NCBI GenBank assembly: GCA_965204575.1
Contig: OZ241993.1
Coordinates: 1,312,001-1,376,000 of the forward strand
Direction: 5' to 3'
DNA length: 64,000 bases
Source: an uncultured candidatus Porisulfidus sp.
Lineage (GTDB): Bacteria; Pseudomonadota; Gammaproteobacteria; Poriferisulfidales; Poriferisulfidaceae
A model generated the notes under the pieces. The model did no database searches, was not told where the DNA came from, and worked only from the letters and a program-made list of their open reading frames with translations. This document shows positions 21,680 through 31,630 of this stretch, piece after piece. The position numbers were made by a program, and so were the translations under genes. Position 1 is the first letter of the stretch. Each line of letters opens with the position of its first letter.

Positions 21680-22356
21680 AGGATGCCCCCGCAGTGCTGG
21701 CGCTCGAGACCTCCACCGAGATCTGTTCGGCGGCCCTGTCCGCAGGCGGGCGGATCGGGGAATGCACCCTGACGGTGCCGCGGGAACACACTCGCCACAT
21801 CCTGGGGCAGGTGGACGAATTGCTCGGCGAGGCAGGGGCGACGGCCGGGGACCTTGCGGCGGTGGCGTTCGGCCGCGGCCCGGGGACGTTCACCGGCGTG
21901 CGCATCGCCACCGCGCTGGCGCAGGGGTTGGCGGTCGCCCATGGGCTGCCCTTGCTGCCGGTCTCTTCGCTGGCTGCGCTGGCTTGGAGGGCTCGGCGCG
22001 AACATCAGGTCTCGCCGGTGCTCGCGGTGATGGACGCACGGTTGGAAGAAGTCTACTGGGCGATGTTCGAGATCCATGCCGAGGGGGTTTCGGTCTTGCA
22101 TCCGGAGTCGCTGTCGACGCCGGCGGAACTGCTCGCGCAATTGCCCTCGTTGCCCGGTGATTGGCAGGGCGCCGGATCCGGGTGGGCGTTGCCCGAGATG
22201 CAGCCGGGTGTCGGGCCGGGGATCGCCGTGGACTCCGGCCTGCGGCCGGATGCCCGATCGGTACTGGAGCTTGCGCTGCAGGATTTTCGTGCCGGCCGGA
22301 TTGCAGACTTCGAACAGGCCCAGCCGACCTACCTGCGGCATCCGGTGCGGTCGTGA
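21676..22356 (+). CDS. tsaB: tRNA t6A biosynthesis protein TsaB
   Basis: LALETST, GPGTFTGVRI, DAR..EVY, P.YLR. Confidence 0.93.
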   Translation: MKDAPAVLALETSTEICSAALSAGGRIGECTLTVPREHTRHILGQVDELLGEAGATAGDLAAVAFGRGPGTFTGVRIATALAQGLAVAHGLPLLPVSSLAALAWRARREHQVSPVLAVMDARLEEVYWAMFEIHAEGVSVLHPESLSTPAELLAQLPSLPGDWQGAGSGWALPEMQPGVGPGIAVDSGLRPDARSVLELALQDFRAGRIADFEQAQPTYLRHPVRS

Positions 22357-22787
22357 GCGAGTCGCGCCCGCGGTTTCATCTGGCGATTGGAGTCGATGAC
22401 CTGTCCGCGGCGGAAGCCTTCTATGCCGGGGTCTTGCAGTGCCGCATCGGGCGCGCGTCCGAGAAATGGATCGACTTCGATCTGATGGGGCACCAGGTCA
22501 CGGTGCACCGTTGCGGCACGCCTCGGGAAGAGGCCCGCAACCCGGTCGACGGGGAGCCTATCGCAGTTCCCCATTTCGGACTGATCCTGGAATGGGAGCA
22601 GTGGGAAATTCTGGTGGAACGCCTCCGGGTCTGCGGAGCGGCGTTCGATCTGGAACCGACCGTCCGCTTCCGGGGAGAAGTCGGAGAACAGGCCACCGTG
22701 TTTGTGCGGGATCCGGCCGGCAACATGCTGGAGTTCAAGGCATTTCGAAATCCGGATCAGGTGTTTGCCCGGCACTTGGACGAGTAG
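22353..22787 (+). CDS. VOC/glyoxalase-family protein
   Basis: GTG 22353; FHLAI.VDDL, WIDFD..GHQ, VPHFG, DPAGN.LEFK. Confidence 0.88.
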   Translation: MSESRPRFHLAIGVDDLSAAEAFYAGVLQCRIGRASEKWIDFDLMGHQVTVHRCGTPREEARNPVDGEPIAVPHFGLILEWEQWEILVERLRVCGAAFDLEPTVRFRGEVGEQATVFVRDPAGNMLEFKAFRNPDQVFARHLDE

Positions 22788-23632
22788 CACCATTCTCTTC
22801 CCCGGTGACTGGCGGGCTGGGCAAAGTTGCGCGCTGATCCCCCCCCCCCCCCATGCTGCAATCAAGTTGCCCAGTTCATCTCCTATCAGTCACTGAAAGG
22901 ATGGTGTGATGCTGTCTGGGTATGTTGTCGGGGGTTGCCCTTTTTGGCCTTATCCCCGCGACAAATTTTCCCGTCCCGCCTCTTTTCCCGCCGAGCCATT
23001 TCGGTGGGTGGGAAGCCTGCTGGGCCCGAATTCAGACATTCCCGGTCCGGGGCCGTGGCGTTTTGTTCCGGCAAAGCCGCCTCGACTTCCAATGGCTTCT
23101 TTCCTCAAGGACCGCATTCAGGTCCCAACACCAACCTCCTTTCATCCTGCCTTGTACCAAATGGGGCAGACCCGAAGCTTAGCCTGCTCGATTCGCAGCC
23201 TGGCCGCACGGTCTTTCCCGGTTTTTTGGAGAAAAGGTAAATGTCCCACCCGCCGGGCGTTTTGGCACAGAACTGGGCTATAGCCTTAACGATTCCGGCG
23301 GGTGAGACACTCTCCGCAGCGCGTCGTCTTTAGACGACGCAACAAATACGAAGTTCGCGTCGATGCGCGGCGCGAAGTTGGCGAGGCACTGAATTCCCAG
23401 GCCACGCCATGCCGACACAGGTCGGGCGGGCTGGAACGGTCGCGACACTTGTTTATTTCTGGGCAGCCTCATGTTTTGATTCTACTGTGGATGAAGCATT
23501 TGGCGAAATACAACCGAGCCCGACAGCAAGAATCAACACTCCGAATCGACCGGTCGAAAACGGCCGGAGTTCGTGTTCCTTTCATTTGACATAATGCAAG
23601 GATGGAAACGGTGAGGTGCGGCGTTTATTGGG

Positions 23633-25366
23633 ATGGCCATCAAGAAGCTTAATGCGGGCCTGATTAATCAAATCACGGCAGGAGAGGTCATCGAGCGGCC
23701 GGCTTCCGTCGTCAAGGAATTGGTGGAGAACAGCCTGGACGCCGGCGCGCGCCACGTCCGGGTGCAGGTCGAAGAGGGCGGGCGGCGACGCCTGGCCGTG
23801 ACCGACGACGGTTGCGGCATCGACCGAGATGAACTGGCACTGGCGCTTTCGCGGCACGCAACATCCAAGCTGAGCAACGCTGAGGACCTGTGGCGACTGC
23901 GGACTCTGGGGTTCCGCGGCGAGGCGTTGCCGAGCATTGCTTCCGTCTCGCGCCTGACGCTGACTTCCGCGGTAGAAGGCGGCGAGCATGGCTGGCGTCT
24001 TGAGGGCGGGGCTGTCGAGGAGGAGCCGCAGGCGCATCCGCACCCGCGCGGGACCACGGTCGAGGTCTGCGACCTCTTCTACAACACGCCGGCACGGCGC
24101 AAGTTCCTGCGCGCCCCTGCAACCGAATGGAAACACATCGCCACGATCCTGCGTAGCCTGGCGCTCGGCCATCTTGCAGTGACCTTCGAAGCCAGCCACG
24201 ATGGACGCCGCCTGCTGCACTACCCGGGCGTCGGGGAAGGCGTGACGGAGCGGGAGCGACTGGAAGCGATACTCGGCGGCGACTTTGCCGAACAGTCCAC
24301 GTTCTTCGAGGAGGTTTCAGGGGCATTGCGGGTGTTCGGCTGGATCGGGTTGCCGACGTACTCGCGCAGCCAGCCGGACCAGCAGTACTTTCACGTCAAC
24401 GGCCGCACCGTGCGCGACAAGGTTGCGATGCACGCGATTCGCCAAGCGTATGCCGACGTGCTCTACGGACAGCGTCATCCCTGTTATGTGGTCTACCTGG
24501 AAGTCCCGCCCGGGGAAGTCGACATCAATGTGCATCCCACCAAGATGGAAGTGCGTTTCCGAGAGTCCCGCCAGGTGCACCAGATTCTTTCACATGGTGT
24601 GGCCGGAGCGATCGGGACGGTTCGGCCTGGCGATGCCGGGCACGACGTCGCGAGTTTCAGGACCTTGGTCAACGAAAATCCGCAGGCACAGCAATCCCCG
24701 ATGCCGCTGCCTGCCGCGTCCGACGGTGGCGGGACTGCGCTGCGGGCCGCGACGGAATCGCCCGCGGCTTCTTCCGGGGAGGTGCCGCCCCTCGGGTTTG
24801 CCCGCGCACAGCTGCATGGCATCTATATCCTGGCGGAGAACACGGAAGGGATGATCCTGGTCGACATGCATGCGGCGCACGAGCGGATTACGTACGAGCG
24901 CCTGAAGTCCTCGCGCGACGGTCAGGGCGTGCGCATGCAGCCGTTGCTGGTGCCGCAGGGCTTGAGCTTGAGCGAATCCGAGATCGCCTGCGTGGAGGAA
25001 CAGCAGGAACTTTTGCAAAGCCTGGGCATCGAGGTGGATGTGACCGGGCCGACCCGGTTGCGGATTCGCGCGGTCCCCGCATTGCTGTCGCGGGCCGACC
25101 CGTCCGCGCTGATGCGCGACGTCGTGGCGGACTTGGCGGAGCATGGGCAGAGCGAGCGGGTGCGGGAGCAAGAGAATGAATTGCTGTCTTCGATGGCTTG
25201 CCATGCCGCGGTACGTGCGGGCCGGCAGTTGTCCTTGGAGGAGATGAACATGTTGTTGCGCGACATGGAGGAAACCGAGCGGTCCGGGCAGTGCAACCAC
25301 GGGCGCCCGACCTGGGTGCTGCTCAGCATCGATCAACTCGACAAATTGTTCATGCGCGGGCAGTGA
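23633..25366 (+). CDS. mutL: DNA mismatch repair endonuclease MutL
   Basis: IERPASVVKELVENSLDAG, GFRGEAL, DMHAAHER, CNHGRP. Confidence 0.97.
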   Translation: MAIKKLNAGLINQITAGEVIERPASVVKELVENSLDAGARHVRVQVEEGGRRRLAVTDDGCGIDRDELALALSRHATSKLSNAEDLWRLRTLGFRGEALPSIASVSRLTLTSAVEGGEHGWRLEGGAVEEEPQAHPHPRGTTVEVCDLFYNTPARRKFLRAPATEWKHIATILRSLALGHLAVTFEASHDGRRLLHYPGVGEGVTERERLEAILGGDFAEQSTFFEEVSGALRVFGWIGLPTYSRSQPDQQYFHVNGRTVRDKVAMHAIRQAYADVLYGQRHPCYVVYLEVPPGEVDINVHPTKMEVRFRESRQVHQILSHGVAGAIGTVRPGDAGHDVASFRTLVNENPQAQQSPMPLPAASDGGGTALRAATESPAASSGEVPPLGFARAQLHGIYILAENTEGMILVDMHAAHERITYERLKSSRDGQGVRMQPLLVPQGLSLSESEIACVEEQQELLQSLGIEVDVTGPTRLRIRAVPALLSRADPSALMRDVVADLAEHGQSERVREQENELLSSMACHAAVRAGRQLSLEEMNMLLRDMEETERSGQCNHGRPTWVLLSIDQLDKLFMRGQ

Positions 25367-26322
25367 GCGGATCGCGGATTCAGGCGCTGGCGCTGATGGG
25401 CCCGACCGCGTCGGGCAAGACCGAGTGCGCGGTGGAACTGGTCCGTCGCTGGCCGTTCGAGATCATCAGCGTCGACTCCGCGATGATCTACCGCGGGATG
25501 GATATCGGAAGCGCCAAGCCGGGTCCGGATGTTCTGGCGCTCGCGCCGCACCGCATGATCGACATCCTGGATCCGGCGCAAGGATTCTCGGCGTACGAGT
25601 ATGCCCGGCAGGCGCGCCGACACATCGAGGAAATTCATGCGGCCGGACGCATCCCGCTGCTGGTCGGCGGCGCCCGCCTGTACTTTCTCGCCTTGATGGA
25701 GGGGCTGTCGCATGTTCCGGATGCGGATGCGGAAGTCCGGCGGCGTCTGCGCGACGAACTGGAGGAGCAGGGTGCCCCGGCATTGCACGAACGCCTGTCC
25801 CGGTGCGACCCACTGATGGCGCAGCGACTCAAGCCGGGCGACAGCCAGCGCATCGTGCGTGCACTGGAAGTATTCGAGTCGAGTGGCCGGCCGATGAGCA
25901 CCTGGATCTCCGAACCCCCGCAGGTGCCGGGGAACATTGGCTACCATCAGTTGGCACTTTGGCCGAAAGACCGCGCTCATTTGCAGGAACGGATTGGCGG
26001 GCGTTTCGACCGCATGCTGGAGGCGGGGCTGGTCGAGGAAGTCCAGGGCCTTCATGCACGCAAGGATTTGAATCTGACTAGCCCCGCGATGCGTTGCGTG
26101 GGGTACCGGCAGGTGTGGCGGCACTTGGATGGAGGGTGCACCCGCGAGCAGATGCGAGAGCAGGCGGTGGCGGCCACGCGGCAGTTGGCGAAGCGGCAGT
26201 TGAGCTGGCTGCGGCATGCCCCGGGCGTGATACACTGTGCAACGGACTGTGCGCGGCCGAATGAAGCGGTCGCGGCAGTGGCTCGCTGGCGGTCCTCGGA
26301 CCGGGGCGGCGCCAGACAATAA
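25363..26322 (+). CDS. miaA: tRNA dimethylallyltransferase
   Basis: GTG 25363; GPTASGKT, SVDS..IYRGMDIGSAKP, TRQLAKRQ. Confidence 0.95.
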   Translation: MSGSRIQALALMGPTASGKTECAVELVRRWPFEIISVDSAMIYRGMDIGSAKPGPDVLALAPHRMIDILDPAQGFSAYEYARQARRHIEEIHAAGRIPLLVGGARLYFLALMEGLSHVPDADAEVRRRLRDELEEQGAPALHERLSRCDPLMAQRLKPGDSQRIVRALEVFESSGRPMSTWISEPPQVPGNIGYHQLALWPKDRAHLQERIGGRFDRMLEAGLVEEVQGLHARKDLNLTSPAMRCVGYRQVWRHLDGGCTREQMREQAVAATRQLAKRQLSWLRHAPGVIHCATDCARPNEAVAAVARWRSSDRGGARQ

Positions 26323-26355
26323 TAAGAAAAACAAGTTGTCGCCGCAGGTGGGTTA

Positions 26356-26598
26356 ATGGCTAAAGGACAAACGATTCAGGAACCGTTTCTCAACCAATTG
26401 CGCAAGCACCATGTTCCCGTCTCCGTCTATCTGGTCAACGGGATTAAGTTGCAGGGACAGGTGCATTCGTTCGACCAGTTCGTCGTCGTGCTGAAGAATT
26501 CTGTCAACCAGGTGATCTACAAGCACGCGATCTCCACCATCGTTCCGTCGCGTCCAGTGGACTTGGATCCGGTGGCGGACGAGGAGTCGGCCGATTAG
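26356..26598 (+). CDS. hfq: RNA chaperone Hfq
   Basis: [17 protein letters not shown]. Confidence 0.98.
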   Translation: MAKGQTIQEPFLNQLRKHHVPVSVYLVNGIKLQGQVHSFDQFVVVLKNSVNQVIYKHAISTIVPSRPVDLDPVADEESAD

Positions 26599-26618
26599 TC
26601 GCAAGCGAGGAACCCCGT

Positions 26619-27887
26619 TTGTTTGAACGGGTTTCCGCCGACCCTGCCTGCGTGCTGGTGCACGTGGCGGTCGGTGCAGACACGCGGGCGGAAAATCCCG
26701 AGCGCGAAGAATTCGTCGAGTTGGCGCGAAGCGCCGGCTTGATGCCGCAGGCGCAACTGAACTTCCGGCGTCGCGCCCCTCATCCTCGCTTCTACTTCGG
26801 CCGGGGCCAGGCCGAACAGCTTCGACAGAGTTGCGTGCAGCACGACGTTCAACTGGTGGTCGTCAACACGGACTTGAACCCAAGCCAGGAACGCAACCTG
26901 GAGGCGGAACTGGAATGCCGGGTGCTGGGACGCACCGGATTGATCCTGGATATTTTTGCGCAGCGTGCCCGGTCGCACGAAGGCAAGTTGCAGGTCGAGC
27001 TCGCGCAACTGAATTATCTCTCGACCCGATTGGTGCGCGGCTGGAGTCACCTGGAACGGCAGAAGGGCGGCATCGGGTTGCGCGGACCGGGCGAGACTCA
27101 GCTGGAGTTGGACCGTCGGCTGCTGACGCAGCGGGTCCAGACTTTGCGGCGGCGCCTGATGCTGGTCGAACGCCAGCGCAACCAAAGCCGCGCGCGCCGA
27201 CGACGGGCGCAGCTGTATCATGTCGCGTTGGTCGGCTACACCAATGCCGGCAAGTCGACCTTGTTCAATGGCCTGACCGGTAGCGACGTGCCGGCCGCGG
27301 ACCAGTTGTTCGCGACACTGGATCCGATACATCGCCGCCTTCGCCTGGATAAGGGACGGGACGTTGTCCTGTCCGACACCGTGGGATTCATTCGCGACCT
27401 GCCGGTGGAACTGGTGCGTGCGTTTCATTCGACTTTGGAGGAATTGCAGGAATGCGACCTCTTGCTGCACGTGATCGACTGCAGCGATGAAGGGCGCGCG
27501 GAACATGCGGCGCAGGTGAGGGAAGTGCTGGCGCAAATCGGCGCGGGGCAGGTTCCGGTTATCGAGGTTTACAACAAGGTTGATCGCCTGGAAGCGGTGG
27601 AGCGGATACCGGAAGCGCCGAATCGCGTGTGGGTGTCGGCGCGCACGGGCGCGGGAGTGAGCGCATTGCGCGCCCGGTTGTTGCAACGGATGCAGGCGGA
27701 AGAATCCGAAGTCCACCTTCGATTGCCGCTGGCGGCCTATCCGCTTCGAGCGGAATTGCACCGGGTCGGACAGGTCGAGGAAGAGAAGTTCACGGAAGAG
27801 GGGGAATGCGAGATGCGCCTGAGGCTGCCGCTGCCGTACCTGACACGTTTCGAGAAATTCCGGACGGCGACCGCGAAGGCATCATGA
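26619..27887 (+). CDS. hflX: Ribosome rescue GTPase HflX
   Basis: GPGETQLE, GYTNAGKST, DTVGF, NKVD. Confidence 0.96.
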   Translation: MFERVSADPACVLVHVAVGADTRAENPEREEFVELARSAGLMPQAQLNFRRRAPHPRFYFGRGQAEQLRQSCVQHDVQLVVVNTDLNPSQERNLEAELECRVLGRTGLILDIFAQRARSHEGKLQVELAQLNYLSTRLVRGWSHLERQKGGIGLRGPGETQLELDRRLLTQRVQTLRRRLMLVERQRNQSRARRRRAQLYHVALVGYTNAGKSTLFNGLTGSDVPAADQLFATLDPIHRRLRLDKGRDVVLSDTVGFIRDLPVELVRAFHSTLEELQECDLLLHVIDCSDEGRAEHAAQVREVLAQIGAGQVPVIEVYNKVDRLEAVERIPEAPNRVWVSARTGAGVSALRARLLQRMQAEESEVHLRLPLAAYPLRAELHRVGQVEEEKFTEEGECEMRLRLPLPYLTRFEKFRTATAKAS

Positions 27888-28082
27888 GATCCGGCGCCCG
27901 CCGACGGGCTTTTGCCTCCGAATCCCGACCGGGGTCCTGTCCGGGATGAACACGAAGCCCGGCGGGCCGCTTCTTCCGGCAGGAGGTTTTTTCGCCCGGA
28001 AGCGCACCCGCCCTGCTGCCGCATGCCCGCCGGACGCTCGCCCGTAAGTCGCTCCGGGCATTTCGCTGGCGCAGGCTTCGCG

Positions 28083-29684
28083 ATGCTGGCGGGAAGATTC
28101 GGCTCGGTTTCCGGCTGGCAGCGCGCGGCTCTCGCCACCGCCCTTGGCATCCTGACCACGACGGCGTTGCCGCCCGGCAACCTCCTGGCGCTGCTGGTGG
28201 TTGCCCTGACCGGATTCGTCTGGCTGATTCATGCCAGTCCTTCGCCGTGGCGGGCCTTGGGCGTGGGCTGGTGGTTCGGATTCGCCCACTTCCTGACCAG
28301 CCTTTTCTGGATCGGCCCGGCCCTGAGCTTTGGCTCCCCGCATCTCGGCTGGCTGGTCGCGCCGGCGATGGTTGGCCTGTCGGCGGGTCTCGCCCTGTTC
28401 CCGGCGCTTGTCGCTTTTGCCGCGCGGCTCCCGGCGTTGCCCATTGCCGGGCGCGTGCTCGCCGTTGCCATTGCCTGGACCGTCTCGGAGTGGCTGCGCG
28501 GCAATATCCTGAGCGGATTCCCGATCAACCTCCTGGGTTCGGTCTGGACGCCATCGCTCGGGATGATCCAGGGCGCCGCATTTGTCGGGGTCTATGGACT
28601 CAGTTTCGTGACGGTCCTCGCCGCCGCCGCGCCTGCAGCGCTGGCCGTGCCGGAAGCGGAGCGTCTTCCTGGCCGCCGCCTGCGGCTGTTTCCTGCGGTG
28701 GCGTTCGGCTTGTTGGCAGCGGTTTGGGTGGGTGGAGAGATCCGCCTGGCACTGGCACCTGAACTGCCCGGGGCCGGCCCTCGCCTGCGCCTCGTGCAGA
28801 GCAACATCGAACAGAGGCTCAAGTGGGAAGATGAGATGCGCGAGGCGGCGCTGGATCTTTACGTCCGTCTCTCGCGCCGGTCGGGGCATGAAGCGGTGGA
28901 TCTCGTGGTCTGGCCGGAGTCGGCGGTGACTTTCTATCTTGACGAGGACCCGTCGTTGCGCGAGTTTCTCTCGCAGGCTGCGCCGCCGGGCGGGCATCTC
29001 GTGACCGGGACATTGCGGCGTACCCGCGTCGAAGATACGATCAATTTCTGGAACAGCCTCCAGACGCTGACGCCCTCTGGCGCGGTCGTAGCCAACTACG
29101 ACAAGCACCACCTGGTGCCTTTCGGGGAATACAACCCGTTGCGCAGGGTCTTCCCCTTTCCGGCTCTCGCCTACGGGTCACAGGACTACTCTGCCGGGCC
29201 GGGGCCGCGTAGCCTGCACCTGCCCGGCCTGCCGCCTTTCAGCCCGCTGATTTGCTATGAGGTCATCTTCCCGGGCATGGTCATCGATGATTCCGGGCCG
29301 GAGAGGGAGAGGCCGAAGTGGTTGCTGAACATCACCAACGACGCCTGGTTCGACGGCACGGCCGGGCCCCATCAACTGTTCCAGGCGGCCCGCCTGCGGG
29401 CGGTCGAGGAGGGCTTGCCCCTGGTGCGGGTGGCAAATACCGGCATTTCTGCGGTCGTTGATGCCTACGGCCGCGTGGTGGGGCAGATCGCGCAGAGGGA
29501 GGTGGGCGTGCTCGACATCTCGTTGCCGGGGGCGTTGGCCACCCTGCCGCCGCAGGCAAGGTTCGGCGACTGGATCCTTGCGGTTATGCTGCTTCTCGCC
29601 GCCGCCGCCTTGCTTGCGCAACGTCTGCGGGAGCAACCGGGAACCGGGTCGGGCGCCGGGAGAGTTCCGAATCTGCGCAGCTGA
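28083..29684 (+). CDS. lnt: Apolipoprotein N-acyltransferase (start uncertain: 27912, 28023 or 28083)
   Basis: Multiple TMs; EWLRG..GFP, WPES, YDKHHLVPFGEY, ICYE, NDAWF, RAVE.G. Confidence 0.92.
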   Translation: MLAGRFGSVSGWQRAALATALGILTTTALPPGNLLALLVVALTGFVWLIHASPSPWRALGVGWWFGFAHFLTSLFWIGPALSFGSPHLGWLVAPAMVGLSAGLALFPALVAFAARLPALPIAGRVLAVAIAWTVSEWLRGNILSGFPINLLGSVWTPSLGMIQGAAFVGVYGLSFVTVLAAAAPAALAVPEAERLPGRRLRLFPAVAFGLLAAVWVGGEIRLALAPELPGAGPRLRLVQSNIEQRLKWEDEMREAALDLYVRLSRRSGHEAVDLVVWPESAVTFYLDEDPSLREFLSQAAPPGGHLVTGTLRRTRVEDTINFWNSLQTLTPSGAVVANYDKHHLVPFGEYNPLRRVFPFPALAYGSQDYSAGPGPRSLHLPGLPPFSPLICYEVIFPGMVIDDSGPERERPKWLLNITNDAWFDGTAGPHQLFQAARLRAVEEGLPLVRVANTGISAVVDAYGRVVGQIAQREVGVLDISLPGALATLPPQARFGDWILAVMLLLAAAALLAQRLREQPGTGSGAGRVPNLRS

Positions 29685-29893
29685 CGGTGAGCCAGGAATC
29701 GGCCAGCCTGCAGCAGGCCGGTCGGCTGATGTTCAAGCGCGGTCACCCTGGCACCGATTGCCGGATGCTGCCGAAGCACTTGAGGCTGAAGCACGTGTTC
29801 ATTCGGGCCGGGGGTCCGGTCGGAGACCGGGAATGCAGGCCATCCTTGCGGGCGGGTGCTGCGCGTCGCAGGCAAACAGGTTTCGGCCCTGAA

Positions 29894-30282
29894 CCCCGGT
29901 CTGCGAGCTAACGCGATTTTGAGGTTTTTCGGAGGCCGGAGACCCGCCGTCCCGGATTTTTGGGCGGAAAGAGGCCAGTCCCGCCTGATTTCACGATTGT
30001 TCCGGCATGAACGCGCCGGGCTCTGCGGGCCGTCCCAAGGGCCACATGCGGCAGGAGGTCCGGGCGTGCCGCAGGCTAGGCGGTGGCTCATTCGCCCCAG
30101 TGCCCGGTGCAGCTGATGCTGGGAAAAACTGGATCGATAATGGGACTTCCGGTCGGTTGCTGTTGATTCACCCAGTGGGTGAAACGCTTGCACCGCCAGG
30201 TTCAACTGCTTTGCGCAGTTATTGCGCGGTCAGCCAGGGTTTCTCTTCCTTGTCTCTCGCTGTGTTGACTCGCGGGTCAGGG
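29894..30282. mobile_element. MITE-like internal-deletion derivative of the IS1380 element at 31631-33522
   Basis: Degenerate IRs CCCCGGTCTGCGAGCTA and TGACTCGCGGGTCAGGG; 29894-30119 resembles 31631-31899 and 30121-30282 resembles 33362-33522. Confidence 0.85.
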
Positions 30283-30437
30283 CTGCGACTGGCAGGGTGC
30301 GACGAGACTACGAGAGTGTACGGAACTACGGAAGGAGAAGTCTCCCATTTGTGATACAATGGCGGAAGCATTCACGAGGTTGCTTCCCGGTGGCTGCTTT
30401 CCGCGGCACGGAAAGGGGCCGAAGGAGGTTAAATCCC

Positions 30438-30782
30438 ATGCGGAAATTATCCGTTTTATTTGCTGTCGTGATCTGTACGCCTGTTTTCGCGGGCAGCACC
30501 CTAGCCCCGAAACCAGACACGGCGTATCTCTGCAAGGAGAGCTATGAGACTGGATCCAATGCGAGGCATTCCTGCAACGGAGAGTCCTTTCACACGGTTA
30601 ATGACACCGACGCGAGAGTGGCCGCACACTGCGAGACCCACACGGCGAGGGAATGGCATCCCACGGAAATTACCCTCAACGCCGACTATTGCGGCGACCT
30701 GAGCAACTGCAACGGAGTCCTGACCAAGGGGCCGTGCAAGGATTGCGTGGACAAGAGGACGATGCGGAAGGTCGAGTGTTGA
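30438..30782 (+). CDS. Secreted Cys-rich mini-protein A (114 aa; CVNH-repeat-like)
   Basis: AAGGAGG RBS; Sec signal; 8 Cys in the mature part; LSNCNGVL motif; C-terminal Cys. Confidence 0.8.
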   Translation: MRKLSVLFAVVICTPVFAGSTLAPKPDTAYLCKESYETGSNARHSCNGESFHTVNDTDARVAAHCETHTAREWHPTEITLNADYCGDLSNCNGVLTKGPCKDCVDKRTMRKVEC

Positions 30783-30989
30783 CCGCAACGTTGACGCTGC
30801 GAGCAATGTCTCGCGGTTCCGGTTGCCGCAAGTGCTGCAGTGCCGGAAGTCGGCCAGTAACCGGTTGCTAATTCTGCCGGCCGCCGTCGGCGTGCTGGGC
30901 GGAAACCGTGCACCAAGCCGGGCCTCTTCAAAGGCCCGCCTGTCGGGTATACGCTGAAGGGCAACAGCAGGATCATTCTCCGGGCAAGA

Positions 30990-31623
30990 ACCTGGAGAGG
31001 GTCACGGTCCGGTCTGCACCCTGCTGGTGTTCATCGACGATGCCACCAGCGAACTGCTGGCGTTGCGCTTCGTGCCGGTGGAGGACACCCGGGCTATCTG
31101 GGCCTGTTCCGAGAGTATGTGTGCCGCTATGGCCGGTCGGGCATCCTGTACACCGACCGGTACAGCGTGTTCCGGGTCAACCAGATCGGCAAGGAGGACT
31201 GCGAGACGCAGTTCGACCAGTCCTGGTCTGCGAGGGACTGGACGGGCAGGTTCGGGTGTTCCGCCGGGAGGCCGAGTTCGACTGGGCGCACGAGTTGCAG
31301 GTGACGGTGCTGAGGGAGAGCCGGTCGCGGGTTCAGGATGCGGACACCAAGGACCTGAACCGGGTCGTGAATCAAAAACTGGCCCAGGCCGCCGGCCCGA
31401 GCTACGTGCCGCTGCCGGATTATCCGTGGCGGAAGATGGGTCAGGTGGCGGTCGCGCTGGCTGAGGCGCGAAACGCCCAATCCGCTTCTTCGACCGGCGT
31501 GAATCCTTGAAAAATCCAGCCGATGAGCGGCTCGGCGCTTGACCCGGGGGGATTTCCATGAAATCCCGGGCTGCCGCCCGCCAATCCAACCGCAAAAGGG
31601 GAAATTTTAACTTTGTGTTGACA
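30990..31623 (+). pseudogene. Degraded ISNCY/IS1202-like transposase remnant with its right end
   Basis: CTLLVFIDDATS..LRFVP, YTDRYSVFRVN; frameshifts; terminal GGGGAAATTTTAACTTTGTGTTGACA. Confidence 0.75.
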
Positions 31624-31630
31624 CGGCCTG

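Noticed and set aside
29687-29911. 74-aa ORF after lnt
   Set aside because: No RBS, signal peptide or family motif, and it runs into the MITE end.
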